In this document: positions 41,861-51,247 of the stretch, one piece after another
How the letters are laid out: every line of letters starts with the position of its first letter
Numbering within the stretch: position 1 is the stretch's first letter
From: Gemmatimonadales bacterium
GTDB taxonomy: Bacteria; Gemmatimonadota; Gemmatimonadetes; Gemmatimonadales; GWC2-71-9
Length of the DNA: 64,000 nucleotides
Assembly (NCBI GenBank): GCA_038321865.1
Contig: JBBQFH010000002.1
Location: forward strand, 1 to 64,000
Direction of reading: 5' to 3'
Position numbers and translations under genes: made by a program
The notes under the pieces: model-generated
Seen by the model: only the letters and a program-made list of their open reading frames with translations
Told to the model about the DNA's origin: nothing
Database searches by the model: none

Positions 41861-42939
41861 CGTGACGCCAGCGCGGCAAGCGCCACCTGTATCTGCGCCG
41901 CCATGTCGCGGATCGACGCCACACGGTCGGCTCCGCCGGCCTGGGCCGCAGCGTTGGGCATGCCGTATACGGTGGAGCTTTCACGATCCTGCGCCAGCCC
42001 GAATCCGCCGGCATCGTGGATTGCCTTCAGTCCGTCGGCCCCGTCACGCCCGAGACCGGTAAGCACCACCCCGATCGCACCGGGGCCGAACGCAACGGCT
42101 ACCGAGCGGAACAGGGGGTCGGCCGCGGGTCGGACCCCCCAGAGCGTGGGGCCACGATCGAGCACGAGGCACAGACCGCCGTCCACCGCCGGCATGACCT
42201 GCATGTGAAAATCACCTGGTGCCACGTACGCGGTGTCCGCCAGCAGCGGCGTCCGATCCTCGGCCTCCACCACCGCGAGGCGACTCTGCGAGGCCAGCCG
42301 CTCGGCGAGGCTTCGTGTGAACTTCGGCGGCATGTGCTGGACGATCACGACCGCCGCGCCGCTGCCGAGCTGGAGGCGCGGAACCACTTCGGCGAGTGCG
42401 CGCGGGCCGCCGGTGGATGCGGCGATCGCCACGCAGAACCGCGCGCGTCCCGGCAAGGCGAACAACCGCTCGGGCGGCGCGTCGCTCCGCCCCGGGCGGG
42501 CCAGCACCGGCAGTCGGTGAATGTTGGCTTCGCTCGCGCCTCGAAGCGCCGCGAGGACCCGCTCGCCGAGGCGATGCGAGGCCTCTGCGCCGCGATCATC
42601 CTCCTTGGCGACCAGGTCCACGGCACCAAGCTCCAGTGCCCGAATGGCCCCGGCGGTCCCGGGTCCCGCGTAGGCACTGACCACGACGATGGGGCGCGGC
42701 GACTCCGACATGATGTAGCCGATCGCGCCCAGCCCGTCGAGCTCAGGCATCTCCAGGTCCATCAGCACGAGGTCGGGCGCAAGGCGATGCACCTTCTGGA
42801 GCGCGTCCATCCCGTTCCGCGCCGTGCCGGCGAGCGCGAACTCCGCAGACCCGGTGACGGCATCGCCGAGGACGTGGCGGAAGAAAGGACTGTCGTCCAC
42901 CACGAGGACGGTGCGGCGCTCAGAGTGACTGGATCCCAT
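41857..42939 (-). CDS. cheB: Chemotaxis methylesterase/deamidase CheB (REC + CheB)
   Basis: VLVVDDS, MDLEMP receiver. Catalytic ASTGGP, VQHMP and LTGLGRDG are intact. Start ATG 42939. Confidence 0.95.
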   Translation of the reverse strand: MGSSHSERRTVLVVDDSPFFRHVLGDAVTGSAEFALAGTARNGMDALQKVHRLAPDLVLMDLEMPELDGLGAIGYIMSESPRPIVVVSAYAGPGTAGAIRALELGAVDLVAKEDDRGAEASHRLGERVLAALRGASEANIHRLPVLARPGRSDAPPERLFALPGRARFCVAIAASTGGPRALAEVVPRLQLGSGAAVVIVQHMPPKFTRSLAERLASQSRLAVVEAEDRTPLLADTAYVAPGDFHMQVMPAVDGGLCLVLDRGPTLWGVRPAADPLFRSVAVAFGPGAIGVVLTGLGRDGADGLKAIHDAGGFGLAQDRESSTVYGMPNAAAQAGGADRVASIRDMAAQIQVALAALASR

Positions 42940-43402
42940 GCGCCACCGAAGACACCTCGAGCCGGCCGTCCGCGACGTACAGCCGCACCGTCCGGCCGTA
43001 GTCGCCGCCGACTGACTCGCCCACCAGCGGAATGCCGTTGACATTGAGGACGTGCCGCGTCGCTACGACGTTGCGTTCTCCCATCTGGATGGCGCCATGG
43101 GGAGCGAGGTTCGCGAACATGCTGGCGCCTCCAGCGATGCGGGCGACGGTCCGCTTCGGATTGGCCCCGCCTTCGACCATGAGCGCCAGGAGCCGGGGCA
43201 CGGCCAGCTGGGGAAACTTGGCCGGATTATCCGCGTTCCGGCTGAGCGCCGGCGAGGGCAGAAGTATGTGAGCCAGGCCGCCGATCCGCGCGCTCGCATC
43301 ATGCAACGCGATCGCGACACAGCTGCCCAGCCCGACCGTGACGAGGACGTCGCCGGCGGTCCCGACATTCAGATCAGCGACCCGTACGATGATGTCGGTC
43401 AC
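42920..43402 (-). CDS. cheD: Chemoreceptor glutamine deamidase CheD
   Basis: [34 protein letters not shown]. Confidence 0.95.
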   Translation of the reverse strand: MTDIIVRVADLNVGTAGDVLVTVGLGSCVAIALHDASARIGGLAHILLPSPALSRNADNPAKFPQLAVPRLLALMVEGGANPKRTVARIAGGASMFANLAPHGAIQMGERNVVATRHVLNVNGIPLVGESVGGDYGRTVRLYVADGRLEVSSVAHGIQSL

Positions 43403-44220
43403 GCCGCGCGCCGATAAATGCGTTCCCGGGCATCCACCAGGTGGAGCCGATCCCGGGCCGGGCCGAGCAGCGTCTCGACCTTGCCCAGGACGAGGACACC
43501 GCCCGGAGAGAGCCGTGAAGCGAACGTGAGGAAAAGCCGCTCCTGCATCGGGCGATCGAAGTAGATCACAACATTCCGGCAGAGAATGAGGTCATAGGCC
43601 GGGCGAAGCGGCGGGTCGGCCCCGAGATCCAGGCGGCTGACCGTGACGCGGCGGATTAGCTCAGGCACCACACGATATCCTTCGGTTTCCGGCACGAGAT
43701 AACGCGCGGCCAGGTCGGCCGGGAGCTCGGTAATGGCGTCCGGGCGGTAGCGCGCGCTGACGGCGCGCTCCAGACTGGCGCGATCCACGTCGGTGGCGTC
43801 AATCTCCAGCCGGTCCAGCCGCTCGGCGTGCCCCGCGGCACGATCGGCCTCCGCGACGAGCATCGCCACCGTGTAGGCCTCTTCACCCGAAGCGCAGCCG
43901 GCGCTCCACGCTGCGATACGACCCTCGCGTGCGGCGACCAGCTCAGGCACGATCGAGCCGCGGAGCAGGTCCCAGGTTTCGCGGTTGCGGTAGAATCGAG
44001 TCACGTTGATGGTGAGCGCGTCACGCAGCCGCTCGCACTCCGGCGGCACGCGTTGGAGTACCGCGAGGTAATCCGTGTATGTGTGTACTCCGCAGGCGCG
44101 CATGCGCACGGCGATCCGCCGACGCAAACATTTGTCCTTGTAGACGTCGGGCGTGAGCCCGGCCGCGTCGGTGATCCGCCGCGAGAGGGCGGCGGTCAGC
44201 GCGTCGTCGGCGGCCGTCAC
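43399..44220 (-). CDS. cheR: Chemotaxis methyltransferase CheR
   Basis: YKDKCLRRRI, INVTRFYRN, WSAGCASGEEAYT, ATDVD, ILCRNVVIYF. Confidence 0.95.
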   Translation of the reverse strand: MTAADDALTAALSRRITDAAGLTPDVYKDKCLRRRIAVRMRACGVHTYTDYLAVLQRVPPECERLRDALTINVTRFYRNRETWDLLRGSIVPELVAAREGRIAAWSAGCASGEEAYTVAMLVAEADRAAGHAERLDRLEIDATDVDRASLERAVSARYRPDAITELPADLAARYLVPETEGYRVVPELIRRVTVSRLDLGADPPLRPAYDLILCRNVVIYFDRPMQERLFLTFASRLSPGGVLVLGKVETLLGPARDRLHLVDARERIYRRAA

Positions 44221-45836
44221 GATTGCCGATCCAGCATGTCGAGATTGGCCCGCGCGAGCTGATGCCCTGGGTTCAGCTCGGTCGCGCGCTGCCAGCTCGT
44301 CCGGGCCCGGGCGGGGTCCCGCCGCTTGAACGCGATGTTGCCCATCTTGAAATACAGGTCATCGCCGAGATCCGGCGCGAGACGCGCCGCGCGCTCGTAG
44401 GCCTCGAACGCCTCATCGTAGCGCCCGCCCCGGTACAGCAGGTCGGCGAGATTCTTCGAGGTCTGCGGCAGCGATGCGTCTTCGGCCAGCGCGGAGCGCA
44501 GCATGATCTCCGCCGCGGCCACGTCACCGCCGAGCTCCAGCAGCACGCCGAGATTGTTCCGCAACACGGGCTCGGCCACGTGGGCCTCGACGCCGGCGCG
44601 CGCCAGGGCAACGGCCGAGTCCGCATCATCGCAACCCGCGGCGGCGAGCGTGGCGGCCCAGAACCACAGCGGCGGGGGCGTCCGGTCGCCATGCAGTTCG
44701 CGGGCGCGGGTCAACCGTGCCTGGGCGGTCTGAAAGTCACCGCGCTTGAGCGCCACCACGCTCCAGCCGGTCTGGATCCGGGCATCGTCGCGCGCGCGCC
44801 CGGCGGCTTCGCCGTACGCGGCTTCGGCCTCGTCAAGCCGCCCAAGCTGCTCGAGCGCGAACGCCAGGTTATGCAGCGCTGCCGGACGCGGGCCGCCGCG
44901 CTCGACCGCCTGCCGCAATGCATCCGCCGCCGCCTGCCACCGCGCCTGGCGAAGCGCGATGAGCCCCAGAAAGAACGGTGCCGTTCCCTCGGACGGCCGC
45001 AGATCGGCCACGCGCCGGAACTCCCGCAGCGCCTCGTCCAGCATGCCGGTCTTGTAGAACGCGATCCCGAGATTTCGATGCTCCTCGATCCTGCTGTCAT
45101 TCATCTTGGGCACCGCGGCCGCCGCCGATGAGCCGGCACGGTGGGCGAACCCTGCCGCAATCAGCCCGTAGAGCGCCTTGCCGACCTCGAACTCCACCAG
45201 CCCGGAATCTTCGACGACCTGCTGCACGTCGCGGGTTCCGTCCAGCAGCGGAAGCAGCCGCTGCTGGACGGCCGAGAGACTGACGCCGGCGGATTCCATG
45301 TGCGTCCGGTCAAGCGAAAAAATCAGGTCAAAGGAAGGAATCTTTTTGGCGATCAGGCTCCACTCGTCCACCCGGCGCGCGCCTTCGAGGAGCAGCGACT
45401 CGGCGTTGATCTGGACCAGGAAGTCTTCCCGTTCCGGCCGAACGCCCGCCTCGAAATTGAACGTCCCGCTCGACCAGGTGAACAGGTAGTACACGGCCTC
45501 CTCGATCTGGAGTCGCATGTACTCCTCGAGTGCCGCCCGTGGCAGCGCTCCCGACTCCACGAGCAGTTCTCCGAGCTTCCGCTCGCGGTCGACGCTCTGC
45601 GCCTGGACCGCCTCCTCGAGCTGTGCCGCGCTGATGCGGCCGCTCTTGACCAGGATATCTCCCAGCCGGTCACGCCGATTCACGATGGAGGCGTAGGAAA
45701 TACGCCCGGCATCGAAGTAGACGTAGCCGAAGTTCTGCCGGTCAGCCACGGCGAGGCAGCCGGTTCGGCGCCCCAATGTCAGCAGCTGAATGACATCCGG
45801 AAGGCTGGCCTCCTTGAGACTGCCCTTGATCGCCAT
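44217..45836 (-). CDS. DUF4388 (PATAN-like) protein with inserted MshEN-like motif and C-terminal TPRs
   Basis: KGSLKEASLPDVIQLL..RRTGCL, FTWSSGTFNF, LLLEGARRVDEW, tandem RLG motif, TPRs (EHRNLGIAFYKTGM). Confidence 0.85.
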   Translation of the reverse strand: MAIKGSLKEASLPDVIQLLTLGRRTGCLAVADRQNFGYVYFDAGRISYASIVNRRDRLGDILVKSGRISAAQLEEAVQAQSVDRERKLGELLVESGALPRAALEEYMRLQIEEAVYYLFTWSSGTFNFEAGVRPEREDFLVQINAESLLLEGARRVDEWSLIAKKIPSFDLIFSLDRTHMESAGVSLSAVQQRLLPLLDGTRDVQQVVEDSGLVEFEVGKALYGLIAAGFAHRAGSSAAAAVPKMNDSRIEEHRNLGIAFYKTGMLDEALREFRRVADLRPSEGTAPFFLGLIALRQARWQAAADALRQAVERGGPRPAALHNLAFALEQLGRLDEAEAAYGEAAGRARDDARIQTGWSVVALKRGDFQTAQARLTRARELHGDRTPPPLWFWAATLAAAGCDDADSAVALARAGVEAHVAEPVLRNNLGVLLELGGDVAAAEIMLRSALAEDASLPQTSKNLADLLYRGGRYDEAFEAYERAARLAPDLGDDLYFKMGNIAFKRRDPARARTSWQRATELNPGHQLARANLDMLDRQS

Positions 45837-47827
45837 CAGCGCCACTCCTCGATCAGGCGGGCGGCGACGTCGGGCCAGTCCCAGACCATCTTTTCCCGGC
45901 TGCGAATGCCGCCGGCCGTCGGTGCGAGCACGCCGCTGGACCGGGAGCCCGTCCGCCTGGGCGCGCGGATGACGGGGCCTTCGAGTACTTCACGTGCGAG
46001 CGCGGCTGTCGGGTGGGCCTGCTGCGCTTCGGCCGCGTTCAGCACCCGCTGGACCAGGCCGAGCGCGCTGCGCATCGAGTCGGCCGGCCGGGCGGCGATG
46101 TACGCGGCGAGCTCGGGATCCACACCATCGAGCCGCGCCCCCAGCAGCCGCTCGATGGCTCGCTGGCGCAGCTCCCGATCGGGTGCGGGGAGGTCCACCA
46201 CCAGACCACCCTCGAGCCTGGTCAGCAGCCGCGGCTCGACCCCGGTCAACTCCGCCAGCGGGAGCGCGCACGAGAAGACCATCTGCCTGCCCTGCTCCAG
46301 CAGGTGGTTGAACAGGAGGAACAGCTCGTCCTGGCTCCGGTCCTTGCCGGCGATGAGGTGGACATCATCAAGGAGGAGCGCATCCACCTTCCGGTACCGG
46401 GCGCGCCAGAGCGGAACGGCATTGCGATCGATCGCGGAGATCAGCTCCTCGATGAACTCGCTGGTGCCGAGGCAAGCCACGGTGCCTGCCGGTGCCAGCG
46501 CATTCCCGAGGCCATGCAGCAGATGTGTCTTGCCATTACCGCTCGCACCCACGATGACGAGCGGATTGTACTTCGCACCAGGCTCAGCGGCGACGGCCGT
46601 GGCGGCGCGTACGGCCATCCGGTTGGATCCGCTCTCCAGGACGTCGCCAAGCCTCCAGTGCGGCGACGGTCCCGGGGGGGCCGCCGCACCGGCCTGCGCC
46701 CGCTCCAGCAGCCCCGCCGCCGCCGCCACATCATCCGGATCCTGCAGCAGCGCCGACCCAGCGAGCTCGGGCGCGATGCTCGCGAGCTCGTCGGCGATCG
46801 AGCGAAGGCGGTTGACATCGGCCTCGAACGCTCTCAATGCTGCGTCGGGATCCGCGAGTGCGTCGTCGTTGAGCAGCGCGGCCAGCCGCGCGACGCGATA
46901 GCCCTCCCCTTCCCATCGCACCATGGCCTCGCCCACCCGCGAGCGCCACGACTCGACCTGGTGGGTGACCGTCGCGGACACCTCGAGCAGGAAATCGGCG
47001 AACTCGTCCCGCTCCTCCGGCGCCTCCGCTGGCGCGGGCTCCCTCTGCTCCGGCGACGGGTGCGGTGCTTCCGGCAGGGCGTTGGCCAGGCGAACGGCAT
47101 CGGGCGCGTCACGACCGCCCACGAGGAGGCGCGCCTGGCCGGCGTCGAGGAGATCAGGGCTGATCGCCTGGTAGGCGATGAGGCGGTTCAGCGCTCCGAT
47201 GAGCTCCCGGACGTTGTCGATGTCCACCGAGGCGACGGCTTCGAGCACGCCGGCGCCGAAGGCCGCACCGCGTGCTTCCGCCCGGCGCCGGAGAATGGCG
47301 ACCCGCGTCTCATAGTCGGGTGCCGAAATGTCGATCACGAGGCCGCCCGCAAAACGGCGAATCAGCCGTTCGTCGAGCGCCTCGATTTCCGACGGTGGAC
47401 GATCGCTGGTGAGCACGATCTGACGGCCCCCGCGCTGCAGCGTATCCACCAGTCGGAGCAGTTCCGCCTGCATCTCGCGTCGCTGACTCAGAAATTGCAC
47501 ATCGTCGAGCAGCAACAGCTGGGTGTCCGCGAATCGGTGGCGATACGCATCGCCCTGGCCGCCGGCCACGGCGGCATTGACCGCCTCGACCAGCTCGTCG
47601 AGCGTCAGGTATTCCACCGCCAGGCGGGGATCGATCGCGCGAGCGGCGTGACCGATCGCCATGAGCAGATGGGTCTTCCCCAGCCCCGGCCCTGCGTAGA
47701 TGAACAGCGGGTTGTAGCCGCTGCCCGGGGCCTCGGCCACGGCATGTGCCGCCGTCGCCGCCAGGCGATTCGAGGCGCCCACGACGAGTGTCTCGAAGCG
47801 GAATTGCTCCGGCAGCGCTCTGGTCAC
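45836..47827 (-). CDS. Tandem double DnaA-type AAA+ ATPase (DnaA/Hda family) lacking DnaA domains I and IV
   Basis: Two copies of SNR.A..AA.AVA..PG..YNPL.I. with Walker A (AGPGLGKT / GASGNGKT), Walker B (LLLLDDVQ / LLLDDVH) and Arg-finger box ([10 protein letters not shown] / [10 protein letters not shown]). GTG 47827 overlaps the mglA stop. Confidence 0.88.
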   Translation of the reverse strand: MTRALPEQFRFETLVVGASNRLAATAAHAVAEAPGSGYNPLFIYAGPGLGKTHLLMAIGHAARAIDPRLAVEYLTLDELVEAVNAAVAGGQGDAYRHRFADTQLLLLDDVQFLSQRREMQAELLRLVDTLQRGGRQIVLTSDRPPSEIEALDERLIRRFAGGLVIDISAPDYETRVAILRRRAEARGAAFGAGVLEAVASVDIDNVRELIGALNRLIAYQAISPDLLDAGQARLLVGGRDAPDAVRLANALPEAPHPSPEQREPAPAEAPEERDEFADFLLEVSATVTHQVESWRSRVGEAMVRWEGEGYRVARLAALLNDDALADPDAALRAFEADVNRLRSIADELASIAPELAGSALLQDPDDVAAAAGLLERAQAGAAAPPGPSPHWRLGDVLESGSNRMAVRAATAVAAEPGAKYNPLVIVGASGNGKTHLLHGLGNALAPAGTVACLGTSEFIEELISAIDRNAVPLWRARYRKVDALLLDDVHLIAGKDRSQDELFLLFNHLLEQGRQMVFSCALPLAELTGVEPRLLTRLEGGLVVDLPAPDRELRQRAIERLLGARLDGVDPELAAYIAARPADSMRSALGLVQRVLNAAEAQQAHPTAALAREVLEGPVIRAPRRTGSRSSGVLAPTAGGIRSREKMVWDWPDVAARLIEEWR

Positions 47828-48426
47828 TCGGCGACACCCCCGACGGCGAGCTTCCGAAGCACCAGCTCGGAGATCCCCTTCAGCGTCTCGAAGACGCCGC
47901 TTCCGTGCAGTGCATCGGCCGTGAAGCACTGTACGCCGCGAAAATTGAGGGCGTCGTCAAGCTCTTCCCGATTCAGCACCAGATCCGCCGGAAGGTCCTG
48001 CTTGTTGTACTGAAAGACGACCGGGAGCTGCCGCACGTCGACGCCCTGATCAAGAAGGTTCTCCTGCAGATTCTGCAGGCTCTCCAGGTTGTCCTCGAAC
48101 CGCCTCGCCTGACTGTCGGCCACGAACACCACGCCATCCGCGCCCTGCAGCACCAGCTTTCGGGTCGCGTTGTAGTAGCTCTGCCCTGGCACGGTATAAA
48201 GCTGAAAGCGCGTCGCGAACCCGGAAATCGAGCCGAGATCGATCGGCAGAAAGTCGAAGAACAGCGTGCGGTCGCCGTGGGTGGCCAGTGATACCATGCG
48301 CCCGCGCCGGGTCTCGGGAACGCGGCCGAAGATGTACTGCAGGTTAGTCGTCTTGCCCGACCGTCCCGGCCCGTAATAGACGATCTTGCAGGTGATTTCA
48401 CGCGCCGTGAAATTCACGAGAGACAT
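47824..48426 (-). CDS. mglA: MglA-family small Ras-like GTPase
   Basis: [24 protein letters not shown] (intrinsic Arg), [24 protein letters not shown]. Confidence 0.95.
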   Translation of the reverse strand: MSLVNFTAREITCKIVYYGPGRSGKTTNLQYIFGRVPETRRGRMVSLATHGDRTLFFDFLPIDLGSISGFATRFQLYTVPGQSYYNATRKLVLQGADGVVFVADSQARRFEDNLESLQNLQENLLDQGVDVRQLPVVFQYNKQDLPADLVLNREELDDALNFRGVQCFTADALHGSGVFETLKGISELVLRKLAVGGVAE

Positions 48427-48429
48427 GGG

Positions 48430-48891
48430 TTACCGTCCGAAGAGCGCGCGAAGGCTCGCATTGAGGTCGTGCTCGAAGTTTTCTGCCAGGACCGGGCCAT
48501 GCGGCTCCGCCGGAGGTGCCGCCGCACCGATTTCCTCGGCAAACTGCTGGAAGAAGAGCTGGACGAGCCCGACCGAGGTGTCCGGGCCGAACACGACCAG
48601 GCCGATCCAGCGGCCGCGGGGCGTATCGAATCCGCTCAGCAGCATCCCCTGCTCCGCACCCTGGTGGACCAGCACGCCGAACCGTGGCGATCCCATGATG
48701 CGCGCCAGCTCCGCCGTCGACGCCATGATCGCGGCCCCGAGCGCGGCGGCGGACATGACATCGACCGAACGGGTGAAGCCGTGCTGGGCCACGACCTGTC
48801 CGGAAGTCGTCATGAGCAGGACAAGTCGGGCCGCCGATTCGTCGAGAAATCGCTCCAGTGGAGCGCCGACCCAACTTTCCAGCACTCGCAT
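48430..48891 (-). CDS. mglB: MglB-like Roadblock/LC7 protein (putative GAP of MglA)
   Basis: Directly upstream of mglA; AALGAA..ASTAELARI.G..F..L.HQG, VVFGPDTSVGLV pattern and a C-terminal helix. Confidence 0.8.
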   Translation of the reverse strand: MRVLESWVGAPLERFLDESAARLVLLMTTSGQVVAQHGFTRSVDVMSAAALGAAIMASTAELARIMGSPRFGVLVHQGAEQGMLLSGFDTPRGRWIGLVVFGPDTSVGLVQLFFQQFAEEIGAAAPPAEPHGPVLAENFEHDLNASLRALFGR

Positions 48892-49238
48892 CAGCCGAGC
48901 ACCCGGGCCGCTTCGAGCAGCTCCAGACGGGCCAGGCCCACGTTCGCCCCGCGGTCGGCGACCGCGACCACGAGCATGTCGTTGGGCGCAGGCACGGCCA
49001 GCAGCACTCCCTCCTCCCCGCGCAGATGCACCACACCGGGAACACCAAGGCCTGCGCTCGTGGTAGCGCGGCGGAGCCGGGCGCACAGGCTGGCGGCGAG
49101 CGCGGCAACCGCACGCCCATCCACATCCTCCATGGACACGTCGGCCACCACCAGGCCGTCGGAGGCGGATACCAGCATGACCCCGCGAATCCCCCGGACC
49201 GCGCTCACCCGGCGAAGCGCCTGCTCGTGCTGGCTCAT
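48891..49238 (-). CDS. Roadblock/LC7 domain protein
   Basis: GIRGVMLVSASDGLVV, AVAALAASL, LVVAVADRGANVGLARLEL. Confidence 0.88.
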   Translation of the reverse strand: MSQHEQALRRVSAVRGIRGVMLVSASDGLVVADVSMEDVDGRAVAALAASLCARLRRATTSAGLGVPGVVHLRGEEGVLLAVPAPNDMLVVAVADRGANVGLARLELLEAARVLG

Positions 49239-50104
49239 GAGAGTCCCTCGAGCCATCGGCGAGCGGCCTGTGCCGCGCGGTCTGCCAGCAAAGCCAGCCG
49301 GCCGGCCGGCACCCCGATGTCGCGCACAGTGAGCAGCACCGTCTCCGGAGTGGGCGCCACCAGGTGCATGTTGCCGTCAGGACACTCCACCGACACGCTC
49401 TGCCAGGCGCCGAGGCCGAGCAGTCGTCCGGCGCGGGCGGCCTCGCGGGACACACCGGCAAGATGGGCCGCGACAGTGTCGGCGACATCGGTGCCATCGC
49501 CATCCCGCAGGCCGCCGCCGAGCCGCAGGCCATGCTGATCGAGCAGCAGGAGCCCATCGCGCGCGCCTTCGAGTCCGGCAAAGAGCTCGGCATCATCGGG
49601 CAGCGACGAATCGACGTCCAGCGAGAAGGGCATCGGGGGCGATGCAGTCGCCACGCTGTCCTCCGCGCGCGGCTGCGTCTGCGGCGGGACCGGTTCCGGA
49701 GCGGTCGAGGCGGCGCGCATGCGCAGGATCGCGGCGGCGAGGCCGGCATCAGCCGCCGCACCCGCGGCGGCGGCTTCGAGGTGCCGAAGCGCACGGGGCG
49801 CGTCGCCGGCCCGATAGTAGAGAAAGCCGAGGCCCTTGTGCGCACTGCGATCAGCCGGGTCGAGGCGCAGCGCCGTCATCCAGCCGTCGAACGCCGCATC
49901 GCCATGGCCGGCATCGGCCAGGATCCGCGCGTGCAGCGAATGCGCCTCCGCCATGTCCGGGTATCGTGCCAGCCCGTTCGCCGCGACCGTCAATGCCGGC
50001 CCCAGCTGGCCGCGTTGCCGCAACAACTCGGCCAGGTCGAGAAAGGCGAGACTCGACCCGTCGGCGGCGAGCTGTGCGGTCAGCGTCCGGACGTCGTCAC
50101 TCAT
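49235..50104 (-). CDS. TPR + C-terminal Roadblock/LC7 fusion protein
   Basis: N-terminal TPRs (AFLDLAELLRQRG, AHKGLGFLYYRAGD), Pro-rich linker, then LLLDQHGL..VAAHLAGVSREA..VPAGRLALL. Confidence 0.8.
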   Translation of the reverse strand: MSDDVRTLTAQLAADGSSLAFLDLAELLRQRGQLGPALTVAANGLARYPDMAEAHSLHARILADAGHGDAAFDGWMTALRLDPADRSAHKGLGFLYYRAGDAPRALRHLEAAAAGAAADAGLAAAILRMRAASTAPEPVPPQTQPRAEDSVATASPPMPFSLDVDSSLPDDAELFAGLEGARDGLLLLDQHGLRLGGGLRDGDGTDVADTVAAHLAGVSREAARAGRLLGLGAWQSVSVECPDGNMHLVAPTPETVLLTVRDIGVPAGRLALLADRAAQAARRWLEGLS

Positions 50105-51245
50105 GCGCCGTCCGGGTTCCTTCCACAAGCGTCATCGCCGCGGCACGGAGGCGGCTCACCGACCCACCCAATGCATCCTCGGCCGGTGGTCTCGCATCCA
50201 GGCGGCTCCACGCATCCCAGGACTCCACGGCCTGCTCCAGCTGGCCGGCCCTCGCCTGGCACACGCCGAGCATCCTTCGCGCGGGAGCCAGCATCGGATC
50301 GATCCGCAGGGACTCCTGAAATGCATCCCCCGCTTCACCGTGCCGCCCGGAGGCGAGCAGGGCGCGTCCAAGCGTGACATGAGCCTCCGCATGGTCGGGC
50401 CGCGCCGCGACGACGTCGAGTGCGGCCACGCGAGCCGCCTCCGGATCTCCGGCGGCGAGCGCCGTCCGGGCGCGGAGCAGCAGCTCGTTCAGCTCGGCCC
50501 CGATCGGCGCGGGCGCCAGGGCGCGGCGTGGGTCATCCAGGACGATGACCCCGGCGGCGGCGAGGCCGAAGAGCGTCCGCGCGATTTCGAAATCCGAGCG
50601 CCCGACCGCAGCCGCGACGCCGTGTACATCGCGGGTGCCGTCGACGGCGCCAAGCACTTGCCATTCCGCCGGCAACAGATCAAGCCGTGTGGTGCCGCCG
50701 GCATCCGGCGGCACCAGCTCCGGCACCATCCCCAGATGCGGAATCCGGCTCTCGATGCGCGCCCACTCGTCGATCCGCCGCGCAGCCTCCATCAGCAGCG
50801 CCTCGGTGGGGATGCGCACCTGGCCGGGCCCGGAAGGCGCCGGCGGCGTTTCCGAGAAGGAGAAGTAGCCTTCGGACCAGCTCATGAGCTCGAAGATTAC
50901 CTCCTCGACCTGCGCCCGTGCCTGACGTTCCAGCTCCCGGCGGCCGACCGCACCCATGGCGAGCAGGATGTCGCCGAGGCGCCGGCCGTCGCCCCCCTCC
51001 TGCATCGCCAGGGCCCTCGCAAAATCCTCCTCGCTCAGCTTGCCGCTTCGCAACAACAGCGTCCCCAGCGGATGCGGATTGGTGCGGATCTCGGCCGCGA
51101 CCACCCCGCCCTGCTCGAACTGCACGGTTCCGGCGTTCTGCCTGAGGTCCGACGTGATCCGCAGCGTGCCGGTCTTCCGCGCCAGATCGAGCAGCTGGAA
51201 GACATCGTGAATCGACAGCTCCTTGAGCGGGCCTTCGATCGGCAT
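50097..51245 (-). CDS. DUF4388 (PATAN-like) protein with MshEN-like insert and C-terminal TPRs
   Basis: EGPLKELSIHDVFQLL..RKTGTL, MSWSEGYFSF, LLMEAARRIDEW. Confidence 0.85.
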   Translation of the reverse strand: MPIEGPLKELSIHDVFQLLDLARKTGTLRITSDLRQNAGTVQFEQGGVVAAEIRTNPHPLGTLLLRSGKLSEEDFARALAMQEGGDGRRLGDILLAMGAVGRRELERQARAQVEEVIFELMSWSEGYFSFSETPPAPSGPGQVRIPTEALLMEAARRIDEWARIESRIPHLGMVPELVPPDAGGTTRLDLLPAEWQVLGAVDGTRDVHGVAAAVGRSDFEIARTLFGLAAAGVIVLDDPRRALAPAPIGAELNELLLRARTALAAGDPEAARVAALDVVAARPDHAEAHVTLGRALLASGRHGEAGDAFQESLRIDPMLAPARRMLGVCQARAGQLEQAVESWDAWSRLDARPPAEDALGGSVSRLRAAAMTLVEGTRTAHE

Positions 51246-51247
51246 GG

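Noticed and set aside
45836..47827. Calling this gene dnaA and looking for oriC
   Set aside because: It lacks domains I and IV, has no dnaN/rpmH neighbours, and I saw no TTATCCACA box cluster or AT-rich unwinding region.
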